Assembly (NCBI GenBank): GCA_963675755.2
Contig: CAXXMD010000003.1
Coordinates: 320,001-384,000, forward strand
Source of the DNA: a bacterium
GTDB lineage: Bacteria; Zhuqueibacterota; Zhuqueibacteria; Residuimicrobiales; Krinioviventaceae
DNA: 64,000 nt
Reading direction: 5' to 3'
Positions 11,695 to 21,237 of this stretch are shown here, one piece after another; the first letter of the stretch is position 1, and each line of letters opens with the position of its first letter. The notes under the pieces were generated by a model, which saw only the letters and a list, made by a program, of their open reading frames with translations, did not search any database and was not told where the DNA came from. The translations under genes were made by a program, and so were the position numbers.

Positions 11695-13677
11695 TCAATC
11701 GAAAAACATCCAATTAAAGCCCCATCTGAATTCAGATTGAGGCATGGGATATGAAAAAACACGCTGGTATTCAGCGTCAAGCGGATTATGATATGAGAAA
11801 AAGAACGTCATGGTTCTGACTTTCATAATTACATGCACATAAGGAACGATAATCGGATCAGTTATCCAGGTTGACAGAGGATATTGAGCATAATAATAAA
11901 CAGGAGTATACATTTCACCTAACAACGTTCCTCCCAGCCGCAGGGTCAGATCCATATCTTTTTGAAAAAATATATTATGATATTGCACATACCCCTTACC
12001 ATAACCGGCGGGATAGTTGGTAATATCAAAATACGGATCATCGGCGCTTGCCCACAAGTATTTGCCTTTGGCATGCGCAGAGAGACCATACTTCCAATCC
12101 AGGCTGAGGGCCGCGTCTATGGAATATCGATTGTGATTGATCTGATTCATGGCAAAAGCAGTGTCTTCATCGGCATATACAGCACACTGGTTCTGTATAT
12201 CCATGGTCGATGCAGAGAGATATGCAGAAATTCCCCGCCAGGAATATTCAACACCGGCAGCGGTTTGCTGTAACTCTGTGGGATTCAATCCTGAATTACT
12301 GACATAAAATGGACTGGTAGAAAATAAATATGCCAAAGAGGGTGATCTTACCATCTTGTTTGACCAGGCAAAGCCGGTTAAATTTGCCACAGGTCGCCAT
12401 GTAACAGAAACCTCTGGCAGTACATAATCTTTGCCGATTGCATCCAAATAACTGCTGCGTAATCCTGCGGAAGCCGTTATGGATTCACGATTCAACGCCA
12501 CCTGCACCCAACTGTCTGTTCGTGCACGTTTATGGTATCCCCAGTTCTGGATATGCAATTCTTTTAAAGAGTACAAGAAACCTGTTTGCAGTTCAACACC
12601 CATTAACTTTTTACGTAATTGGCCCGAAAAACGATAATTCTCAACCTCCCGGCTGGAATAATAGGTATAATCACCATAATCCATTTCATAATAATCATTA
12701 CGGTATTTGGTGTATTGAAACGTAGACGTAAAAAGTCTTCCATATCGCAAGGCAAGGCCATGATCACTGCGCTTTATTGTTTCGTGAGGGCTGCTTAATT
12801 CCGAATCCTCAATATACTGAGTTACCGGCACATCCAGTTCGGATTTGTTTTGCAAATATATATAATCCATTTCAAATTTTTGAAAGAGCTTGCGATGGAC
12901 CTCCAGGTTGATCTTTTGTCCATCATACCGGTTATAATTCAGCAGACCAACATATTGCTTTAAAATACCGCCCATATTGATTGTCATTTTGGGGTTCGCC
13001 CAAATTCCCAGGCGCACATCCACATCAGAATAACTGGAATTGCCGGTACGATAGGTAACTGTTGATCGCGGCGGTAACGCGGAAATGTCCAAAGGAGACA
13101 CTTGCAATGTTTGTCCCAAATCAGTATAGCCCTGGTCCCGCTGTGCGTGACTCGTAACATGCTCGACAGATCCCACACCTTCCACAGGTACCCAGTTCAT
13201 ATCAGCAAGGCCTGTGTACGGATCGTTCAAATTCAGAAAGCCATACATGAGATCAAACTCGCCCGGTATCCCGGCAAACATGGCTCCCCTTGAATGGTTG
13301 CCCACATTGCCCAGATCGGCATTATAGGTTCCGGGCATCCAGTCGAACACATCACCAAAAGAACCATAATCCAGCCCACGGTACAACAAGGTGTCAGCAA
13401 CATGTGCCCGCACAACCGGAATATCTACCGGTAACTGACTACTGTCAATCTCTACTGGTTTGTGTGCGGCCAGTGTATCCAGCCGGCTGCTGTCAGGGAC
13501 TACTGCATCTCCCATCAATGTATCGGCTGCAACAGAATCGGGAAGCACATCCATTAATGCTTCTGCAGCAGATATAGTATCCGGCACAACACTAACAGTT
13601 GAATCCTGTTCAATAGCAAACAACTGACTGGTTAAGGCCAGCGATATGAATAAATATATGTATGAAATTTTCTTCAT
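11695..13677 (-). CDS. Putative TonB-dependent-receptor-like / porin outer-membrane protein
   Basis: Signal peptide, plug-like segment (DWMPG...LNDPYTG..DMNWVP), beta-strand rich, C-terminal WGFNWMFFD. Confidence 0.6.
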   Translation of the reverse strand: MKKISYIYLFISLALTSQLFAIEQDSTVSVVPDTISAAEALMDVLPDSVAADTLMGDAVVPDSSRLDTLAAHKPVEIDSSQLPVDIPVVRAHVADTLLYRGLDYGSFGDVFDWMPGTYNADLGNVGNHSRGAMFAGIPGEFDLMYGFLNLNDPYTGLADMNWVPVEGVGSVEHVTSHAQRDQGYTDLGQTLQVSPLDISALPPRSTVTYRTGNSSYSDVDVRLGIWANPKMTINMGGILKQYVGLLNYNRYDGQKINLEVHRKLFQKFEMDYIYLQNKSELDVPVTQYIEDSELSSPHETIKRSDHGLALRYGRLFTSTFQYTKYRNDYYEMDYGDYTYYSSREVENYRFSGQLRKKLMGVELQTGFLYSLKELHIQNWGYHKRARTDSWVQVALNRESITASAGLRSSYLDAIGKDYVLPEVSVTWRPVANLTGFAWSNKMVRSPSLAYLFSTSPFYVSNSGLNPTELQQTAAGVEYSWRGISAYLSASTMDIQNQCAVYADEDTAFAMNQINHNRYSIDAALSLDWKYGLSAHAKGKYLWASADDPYFDITNYPAGYGKGYVQYHNIFFQKDMDLTLRLGGTLLGEMYTPVYYYAQYPLSTWITDPIIVPYVHVIMKVRTMTFFFSYHNPLDAEYQRVFSYPMPQSEFRWGFNWMFFD

Positions 13678-14231
13678 TTTTTATCAACTATTTGTAAATA
13701 ATCCGGCAAATGCGGAACCAGCCGCGAAATGATTACCGGAACAACAATTATAAACAAGAGTGTATTTACACCAATATGTGTCAGGTAAAACAGCATACCG
13801 GTTGAAAAAACGGCAACAATTTTATTCAAAGACAATTTAAACGTAACAATAATAAAACTCATTGTCGTTAAAACATCATAAACCAAAGTCAGCACAAATC
13901 CCGCTGCTCCGGAAAAGAGAACGCATTTCCAATCACAGGTTATTATTTTTCTCCGCAGTACGCCACCACTCCAGCCAATCAATCCAAAACAAAACACCTG
14001 CGCCAGCAATAATGGCAATATTGGCATCCCATATGGATTAAACACCGAATACAGGGTTTCCGCTGTCAAACCTATACATAATCCCAACAAGGGACCGGTC
14101 AACACCCCTGAAATAAATACCGTAGCGGTTATCATTTCCACATTCGGGATGTACAAAAACAAATATCCGATTGCTACCGACAGTGCAGCCAGAATAGATG
14201 CTAGTATTATTTTTTTTGAAGACGGGGCCAT
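13674..14231 (-). CDS. ECF transporter S component
   Basis: About 185 aa, 5-6 TM, IPNVE motif, SVFNPYG. Start ATG 14231 preferred over the longer ORF call. Confidence 0.75.
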   Translation of the reverse strand: MAPSSKKIILASILAALSVAIGYLFLYIPNVEMITATVFISGVLTGPLLGLCIGLTAETLYSVFNPYGMPILPLLLAQVFCFGLIGWSGGVLRRKIITCDWKCVLFSGAAGFVLTLVYDVLTTMSFIIVTFKLSLNKIVAVFSTGMLFYLTHIGVNTLLFIIVVPVIISRLVPHLPDYLQIVDKK

Positions 14232-14310
14232 TTCGTTACCGGATATGTGAAACTGGAATTTAGGAAAAGTTGAGGGGATTTCCAAGGTCTTTCACAGGCT
14301 ATATACCTGT

Positions 14311-15324
14311 TTATAAACCAATTCCATCAATTTCCGTACTACATTTGGGACATTTTCCGGCATTTAGCCGGTTCTCAATAATTGTAAAACCCCAACGCTC
14401 AATCAAAAGTTCCCCGCAATGATAACAGTAGGTGTTTTCCCCAACATCTCCGGCTACATTGCCGCTATATACATATCTCAAACCTTCACTCAAACCAATT
14501 TCCCGTGCCCGCCGCATAATGGACAATGGTGTTATGGGTAAATCTCTTAATAAATACTGGGGATGAAATCGGCTAATGTGCCATGGCGTTTCGGGACCCA
14601 GCTCATCTCTGATGAATTGCGCAATCTCGATTATAGTTTTTTCATTATCTACGAATGTAGGCACAATCAGGGTGGTCACCTCTACCCATACGCCCAGTTT
14701 TTTCAAAAGTTTGAGTGTATTTAATATATGTTTCAACTCACCACCAACAACACTTTTGTAAAAATCAGGGTCCCATCCCTTGAGATCAATATTGGCGGCA
14801 GTCAAAAAAGGCGCAATCTTTTCAAGTGGTGCTTTATTTATATAACCGTTCGAAATCCAAACGGTACCCAATCCCTTTTCTACAGCAAGGTTGGCAATAT
14901 CAAAAGCATATTCATAATAAATTGTAGGCTCGGTATAGGTAAATGCTATGGTTTTACACAAATGGCGTTTTGCTGTATCCACAACCTGCTTTGCGGTATA
15001 ATCCTGTCCCACAATCAATTCATTCCGCTGACTGGGCATCTGCGAGATATCACAATTCTGGCAAAACTTGCATTTAAAATTACAGCCCACGGTTGCAACA
15101 GAAAATGAAGAAGAACCTGGCTTTACATGGAACAGAGGCTTTTTTTCTATGGGATCTATATGCGTTGCTACGGCTTTTTCGTAAACCAACGAGTATAAAA
15201 CACCCTGTTTGTTCATGCGAACACCACATATGCCAATTTCCCCATCACTCAGCTTGCAATGATGGGGACACAGCATACACTGCACCTGCCCCTCTGTTTC
15301 CCGAAAAAAATCAGCTCTTTTCAA
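14311..15324 (-). CDS. amrS: AmmeMemoRadiSam system radical SAM enzyme
   Basis: CMLCPHHC, DPIEKKPLFH, GCNFKCKFCQN, FTYTEP, SRFHPQY, C-terminal CxxC..CxxC. Confidence 0.92.
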   Translation of the reverse strand: MKRADFFRETEGQVQCMLCPHHCKLSDGEIGICGVRMNKQGVLYSLVYEKAVATHIDPIEKKPLFHVKPGSSSFSVATVGCNFKCKFCQNCDISQMPSQRNELIVGQDYTAKQVVDTAKRHLCKTIAFTYTEPTIYYEYAFDIANLAVEKGLGTVWISNGYINKAPLEKIAPFLTAANIDLKGWDPDFYKSVVGGELKHILNTLKLLKKLGVWVEVTTLIVPTFVDNEKTIIEIAQFIRDELGPETPWHISRFHPQYLLRDLPITPLSIMRRAREIGLSEGLRYVYSGNVAGDVGENTYCYHCGELLIERWGFTIIENRLNAGKCPKCSTEIDGIGL

Positions 15325-15335
15325 TGGATTTAACC

Positions 15336-16277
15336 TCAGTCGATTGGGAAAAGTGCTTCCATTTCTGCAATATCATCAGCATCCAGCTCTACTTCTGCGG
15401 CGGCAATATTTGCCTCAACCTGGTCTACTCTTCTGGCACCCACAATGGCAGATGTAACAGCAGGATGCTTTAATACCCATGCTACCGCAAGCTGTCCTAT
15501 ATTCACATCATGTTTTTCTGCTATGGGGCGTAATTTTTCAACTCTCTCCAGGTTTTCTGAAAGCTTGGGCTCGTTATATTCAGGACTCCGTAACCGCCAG
15601 TCATCCTTTGCAAGTTTATTAATATCAAACTTGCCGGTAAGTAATCCGGAAAACATGGGACTGTATGCGACAACACCTATACCATTATCCAGGCAATAGG
15701 GTAATATGTCATTTTCAATACGCCTGCGGAACAAACTGTATGGTGGCTGCAGCGAATCGACATGCCCAATATCCATACAACTCTGCATCAAATCTACTTT
15801 AAAATTAGATACTCCTACCCAGCGGATTTTACCTTCTTCTTTGAGTTTAAGCACTTCCTGCCAGGATTCTTCAACCGGTGTGTGAGTGTCCGGCCAGTGG
15901 AACTGCATCAAATCAATCAAATCGATATCCAGACGGGTCAGGCTGTCTTCAACCTCTTTACGAATGCTCTCTGGTTTTAAATTATTTCGGACTTTATTGT
16001 TTTCATCCCAAACCAGACCACATTTGGTAGCAATGATCAGATCATCACGTTTTCCCTGGATCGCCAGCCCTACAAGTTCTTCCGCAGCACCCAAACCATA
16101 TGCCGGCGCGGTATCGATCCAATTGATGCCCAAATCAATAGCGCGTTCAATTGTACGGATCGATTCTTTTTCATCTGATGGGCCCCAACCAAAGGTCCAG
16201 GATCCGCCAATAGCCCAGGTACCCAGACCAATGAGTGAGAGTTCGGGTCCGTTTTTACCCAGTTTACGTGTTTTCAT
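15336..16277 (-). CDS. Aldo/keto reductase
   Basis: GLGTWAIGG, DTAPAYG, ATKCG, HWPD, GVSNF, AYSP. Confidence 0.95.
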   Translation of the reverse strand: MKTRKLGKNGPELSLIGLGTWAIGGSWTFGWGPSDEKESIRTIERAIDLGINWIDTAPAYGLGAAEELVGLAIQGKRDDLIIATKCGLVWDENNKVRNNLKPESIRKEVEDSLTRLDIDLIDLMQFHWPDTHTPVEESWQEVLKLKEEGKIRWVGVSNFKVDLMQSCMDIGHVDSLQPPYSLFRRRIENDILPYCLDNGIGVVAYSPMFSGLLTGKFDINKLAKDDWRLRSPEYNEPKLSENLERVEKLRPIAEKHDVNIGQLAVAWVLKHPAVTSAIVGARRVDQVEANIAAAEVELDADDIAEMEALFPID

Positions 16278-16289
16278 AATACCTCTTTA

Positions 16290-16916
16290 TTATATAGTTA
16301 ACCCGGCTGACATCATCAATGAAAAAATTAAAAGCAAGGGAATAGACAGAATAACTTGTAAAATCAAAAAAGCCCCAACACTTTTCAAAAAAGTAAATTT
16401 ATTGATTTGGGCCAAACCGGAAAATAAAATATACAAATGAAATACGATAACAATTACATCCACAAGCTGAATGATCCCCCATAGTCCCTGCAACAAAGTA
16501 CTGGATTGAATAATGGGTTGTTCAACCTGAAACAACTCGTCCCGGAACAAGATATATTTAATGCCCCATAAAGGCATTGTATATACCAGAGGTGCCCAGG
16601 CCCAGGCCATTACTGTTCTTACGTGACTGAGTGGTGCAGGACCGCCCATTCTTGTGGTTATTTTTTGCAGCACCCAGCCGCCAACATATACGGTAAAAAG
16701 ACCTCCAATGGGGCCCATTAGAATACTTGTTACGATCAAACTACTTGTTTGCATTGAGGGCAGCATTGCAGTTACTCCGCTTGCATTATCAAGGGCTTGT
16801 GCAATACCACCCAGTACAATCAACATTAACATTTGATAACTGGGGTTTTCATCAACAATTCGTTGTATGGTTTCGCGTGGATTTCTCCAGATTGTAGACC
16901 AGGGGCTCGGTTCCAT
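16290..16916 (-). CDS. Yip1 family membrane protein
   Basis: IWRNPRETI start, about 5 TM helices. Confidence 0.75.
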   Translation of the reverse strand: MEPSPWSTIWRNPRETIQRIVDENPSYQMLMLIVLGGIAQALDNASGVTAMLPSMQTSSLIVTSILMGPIGGLFTVYVGGWVLQKITTRMGGPAPLSHVRTVMAWAWAPLVYTMPLWGIKYILFRDELFQVEQPIIQSSTLLQGLWGIIQLVDVIVIVFHLYILFSGLAQINKFTFLKSVGAFLILQVILSIPLLLIFSLMMSAGLTI

Positions 16917-16919
16917 GTC

Positions 16920-17498
16920 TTACTGTTCCGTTCTGCTAGTTGTATTTCCAAACATTTCTATTACTTTTTTTTCAAATCGATAAAATATCGAATCGTCTTC
17001 TAAAAGACGTTTATCTATTCCATTCCAAATACCCTGGACCATAGATTGATAGTACCACTTTTGCTTTTCATATCCTTCGCGAAAGCGGTCCCAAAGCGTG
17101 TCTCCAAGATATTTATAATCATTCAGCATGGATGAAATATTGTGCAGCTTGTCCGCACAGGTCACATATTTCACCGGCATGGGAGCATCATAGATCGCAT
17201 CGATTGTATGCTGCTTCCTGGCCTGCCACGATGCTTTACGGTCCGGTTCTGAACATGCCTGAACAATATCGGCAATCTCTTGCCCAAACTCTTTTACCAG
17301 GGTATCAAAAGTCACATGCGTATCTTCAAGTGTATCGTGCAGTAAACCCGCAATGACTATCTTGTCGCTACATCCTTCTTTTAACAGTAGCATACTGACC
17401 GCAAACGGATGCACAATATAAGGCACATCGCTTTTTTTTCTATACTGTCCGTCATGTGCAGTAGTAGCAAATATAATGGCGTTTTCAAGACTTTTCAT
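16920..17498 (-). CDS. HD-domain protein, Mesh1/small alarmone hydrolase-like
   Basis: AHDGQYRK, PYIVHP, LLHDTLEDT, ADKLHN. Confidence 0.88.
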   Translation of the reverse strand: MKSLENAIIFATTAHDGQYRKKSDVPYIVHPFAVSMLLLKEGCSDKIVIAGLLHDTLEDTHVTFDTLVKEFGQEIADIVQACSEPDRKASWQARKQHTIDAIYDAPMPVKYVTCADKLHNISSMLNDYKYLGDTLWDRFREGYEKQKWYYQSMVQGIWNGIDKRLLEDDSIFYRFEKKVIEMFGNTTSRTEQ

Positions 17499-17515
17499 GT
17501 ATGAAACACTTGGTT

Positions 17516-19246
17516 TTATTTTGTACTTCGAAACGCAGCCAGCACATCGTTCTGGCTTATGATCCCCAACAGCATGGATGAATTTTCATCATCAATGATG
17601 GGTAAATATGTAACATCGCTATTTTGCTTGAAAATTTCCAAAACTTCGCCCAATGTTTGGTCCGGATAAAGCGCCAAAGGCTCGGGTTTTACAAGGTCAC
17701 GCGCTACAATAAATTTTGCAATGCTTTCATCAAACAAGATATCACGTATATCCTGATAGTCTACAACGCCAATAAATCTTTCATTACGGTTAATTATGGG
17801 GAAACGGTCATATTTACTGTGAGAGATCTGACGTAAAATTTCATTAAAAGGGGTATCTTCGTACAAGGTTTCAACATTTTTACGCATTACATGTTTCACA
17901 TATATATCGGCAGCACTTTTTAGATTATGCCCTTTGGGTACGCCAATAGAAGTACGGAACTGATCAATAACATGATGCAGTCCTTCATAGGTACCTTCTT
18001 TGGCTTTCTTGGAAAGCAGGGTCAACAGGGGCACCTCACCTGCATGTACAAGGGCCTGACGCACCGTAATGGGTCCGGCAAGCTCAAAAAACACAACAGA
18101 ACCCAGAATTACGGTCTGGATGATCTCTCCGCCTTCCGGCCACTGCCGTGCAAGAGATTGCGACAATCCAATGGCAACACCCGCCTGGGCAATCATTGCA
18201 TATCCCAGCCAGCGCCGCTCAATATATCCAAAATCGCCCCATCTGGCTCCCATCCAGTTTCCCAACACTTTACCGGCGGTTCGCATTATGATATATGCAA
18301 TACCCAGCAAGCCAATGTCTTTCATCACTTCTATGTGCAAACTTGCACCTGCAATTACAAAGAAAAAGACATACAGGGGATAATCCACACTTTTTAACGC
18401 TTCAAACAGATTCCGCTCTTTTGGGGAAGCATTTACTATGGTTAATCCCGTAACAAAGCAGGACAAAAAGATATCCAATCCCCACATCCACGACAATCCG
18501 ATATTCGCAACAATGCCGCCAATAAGCAGCATCAGGTATTCTGTACGACTCTCGACATTCTGCGCCCACACACTGATGAGCACACCGGTGAGGAATCCCA
18601 AAACGATGGGGCCAAACATGGCTAGCAAAAACATTGTTACAGATCCGCTGCTGTTGAGCAGTAAAAATGTAATGATGTTAAAGATCAAAATAGAGAATAG
18701 ATTATTTAATCCGACCAGTGAAAGCGCAAGGTCCGTTACCGGGCCTTCGGAATCATATTCACGGATTACCATTAATGACGCAGCGGGTGCGGTTGCAATA
18801 GCAATGATACCGGTAAATATGGCCAAATAGATTGATGATCCCAATAAACCTAATGACGCGCCCAAAACGGTTTTATTGAGCAGCATGTTGAACACAAATA
18901 TGGTGATGGAAACCAGAATAAATGTAGCTGCCATTTCTGAAATAGACAGCCGGGCCATGCGTTTGCCCCAGCGTCTGAGAGATTGGAACTTGAACTGACT
19001 TCCGATGGTCAGCATAATAAAAGCCAGTGCAACATCAGAAATGATTTTTACAAATTCCAATACTTCATGGCTGATCAACTCGGGGTAACCCAGCATATGC
19101 GCCATAGACGGGCCTGCAGCCAGGCCTACCAGCAGATATCCGGTAACCCTGGGAACACGCAAACGTGCGGCAACACGACCAAATATCAATGCCGCAAGAA
19201 AGCAGATCCCGGTAGAAAATAAAGTGTGGTTAATGTGCAGGTCCAA
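17516..19246 (-). CDS. Cation:proton antiporter (CPA) with C-terminal CBS pair
   Basis: PRVTGYLLVG, ATAPAA, AQAGVAIG, about 12 TM, CBS repeats at C-terminus. Confidence 0.9.
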   Translation of the reverse strand: MDLHINHTLFSTGICFLAALIFGRVAARLRVPRVTGYLLVGLAAGPSMAHMLGYPELISHEVLEFVKIISDVALAFIMLTIGSQFKFQSLRRWGKRMARLSISEMAATFILVSITIFVFNMLLNKTVLGASLGLLGSSIYLAIFTGIIAIATAPAASLMVIREYDSEGPVTDLALSLVGLNNLFSILIFNIITFLLLNSSGSVTMFLLAMFGPIVLGFLTGVLISVWAQNVESRTEYLMLLIGGIVANIGLSWMWGLDIFLSCFVTGLTIVNASPKERNLFEALKSVDYPLYVFFFVIAGASLHIEVMKDIGLLGIAYIIMRTAGKVLGNWMGARWGDFGYIERRWLGYAMIAQAGVAIGLSQSLARQWPEGGEIIQTVILGSVVFFELAGPITVRQALVHAGEVPLLTLLSKKAKEGTYEGLHHVIDQFRTSIGVPKGHNLKSAADIYVKHVMRKNVETLYEDTPFNEILRQISHSKYDRFPIINRNERFIGVVDYQDIRDILFDESIAKFIVARDLVKPEPLALYPDQTLGEVLEIFKQNSDVTYLPIIDDENSSMLLGIISQNDVLAAFRSTK

Positions 19247-19364
19247 TTCAAATTCCGAAATAGTCTATGATCTGTTTGTTAAACATAGACATTCCCGACT
19301 AAATAATCAAGATTTATTAAACCGGAACAGGAAATGCGTGGGAAAAGATGATGGATAGTTTCAA

Positions 19365-20552
19365 GATCGTGACGGAGTTTAGCGTCAGCGGTCTCCGTCA
19401 CGAAATACTTCTTAACATCTGGATATCCATATCACTCCCCAATGATCGTGACGGAGTTAAGCGCCAGCGTTCTCCGTCACGGATATCTTTTTAACATCTG
19501 GATATCCACAACCAAAGATCCAACGATCGTGACGGAGTTAAGCGATAGCGTTCTCCGTCACGGAATACTTCTTAACATCTGGATCCCCACACCGTCCACC
19601 AACGATCGTGACGGAGTTAAGCGATAGCGGTCTCCGTCACGTATATCCTACTTTCTGGAGTGATCCATACTTATAAAATCAGAAACAATCACACGCAACG
19701 GAGAACACTGCGTTCATCTCCGTTGCGATCTTTTTTTAGATCGTGACGGAGTTAAGCGCCAGCGATCTCCGTCACGGAAATCCTGATTTTTTTGGTTGAT
19801 CCATTATTGTAAAACCATGAACATCTTGCGCAACGGAGAACAGAACACTACGTTTATCTCCGTTGCGATCATTTCTTTTAGATAGTGACAAAGTTTAGCG
19901 TCAGCGGTCTCCGTCGCGGAAATCTTTTTGACATCTGGATATCCACATCGATCCCAAATGATCGTGACGGAGTTTAGCGCCAGCAGTCTCCGTCGCGGAA
20001 CTCTTTTTAACATCTGGATATCCACATCGTCCACCAACGATCGTGACGGAGTTAAGCGCCAGCGGTCTCCGTCACGGATATCTTTTTGACATCCGGAATT
20101 CCACACCGTCCACCAACGATCGTGACGGAGTTAAGCGTCAGCTGTCTCCGTCACGGAATTCTTTTTAACATCTGGATATCCACAACCAAAGATCCAACGA
20201 TCGTGACGGAGTTAAGCGCCAGCAGTCTCCGTCACGGAACTCTTTTTAACATCTGGATATCCACATCGTTCCCCAATTATCATGACGGAGTTAAGCGTCA
20301 GCGGTCTCCGTCACGGAACTCTTTTTGACATCTGGATATCCACATCGATCCCAAATGATCGTGACGGAGTTTAGCGCCAGCAGTCTCCGTCGCGGAACTC
20401 TTTTTAACATCTGGATATCCACATCGTCCACCAACGATCGTGACGGAGTTAAGCGCCAGCGGTCTCCGTCACGGATATCTTTTTGACATCCGGAATTCCA
20501 CACCGTCCACCAACGATCGTGACGGAGTTAAGCGTCAGCTGTCTCCGTCACG
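19365..20552 (+). repeat. Left REP array: 14 type-A hairpins (mostly 79-81 bp period) plus 2 inverted type-B hairpins
   Basis: A = GATCGTGACGGAG-TTWAGCGNNAGCNNT-CTCCGTCACG at 19365, 19444, 19525, 19604, 19739, 19881, 19960, 20039, 20118, 20199, 20278, 20357, 20436, 20515. B at 19694, 19829. Confidence 0.95.
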
Positions 20553-20670
20553 GGATACTTGAAAAAATAAATACTTGAATCATTAAATATTATTATTAAA
20601 TTAAAGCATACAACTCTTGGGGCGGTTGTATATACCCCATCAACACCAATATCATTACAAGTGAAACGAT

Positions 20671-21204
20671 ATGAGATCAAGATTCAAGGTCTATCCTGAT
20701 ACAGGAATGTATTATATCACTTCAACAATTATTGATTGGACACCTATCATTATCAATGATGATATATGTACAATCCTCATTAATTCTTTCAAACACTGTC
20801 AGGAACACAAGAATTTATGGATATTCGGATATGTTATCATGCCAAATCATTTCCACATGATCATATCCATGGAAAACAGTCTTGACATCCCAAATGTAAT
20901 TCGCGATATGAAACGATACACATCACGGAAAATCTCAAACTATATCAAACAAAATACCAGACAAAACTTTAAACCGTGGTTAAAGCAGTTCTGCGCAACG
21001 AATGGCAATACGGTCTGGCAAAAAGGGTATCATCCTATTTTGATTGAAAGTGACAAATGGTTCAACCAAAAATTGGATTACATCCATTACAATCCAGTAG
21101 AAAAAGGTTTTGTCGATCTACCTGAATACTGGAGATATTCGAGTGCCAGAAACTATATACTGGACGATCATTCGATCCTCAGTCTTGATCTTGATAAATT
21201 ATAA
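20671..21204 (+). mobile_element. REP-associated tyrosine transposase (RAYT, HUH Y1 family), intact CDS
   Basis: YYITS, YVIMPNHFHMII (HUH), VWQKGYH, YIHYNPVEKG.V..PEYWRYSSA. Flanked by inverted REP hairpins. Confidence 0.93.
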
Positions 21205-21237
21205 CCAGCATGTCTCGTTAAAACAGAAACAATCACA

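Noticed and set aside
14232-14310. Cobalamin or other riboswitch ahead of the ECF S gene
   Set aside because: Only about 80 nt available and no recognisable conserved riboswitch core.
16920-17498. Toxin-antitoxin or anti-phage alarmone module
   Set aside because: No small alarmone synthetase or toxin is adjacent; looks like a stand-alone Mesh1-like hydrolase.
19365-20552. CRISPR array
   Set aside because: Linkers are homologous to each other and some are identical, repeats occur in both orientations and at dispersed sites, and no cas genes are present.
20671-21204. IS200/IS605 insertion sequence
   Set aside because: No tnpB. The 177-aa length, the NPV..G.V..P..W.YSS C-terminus and the multi-copy REP flanks fit RAYT better.
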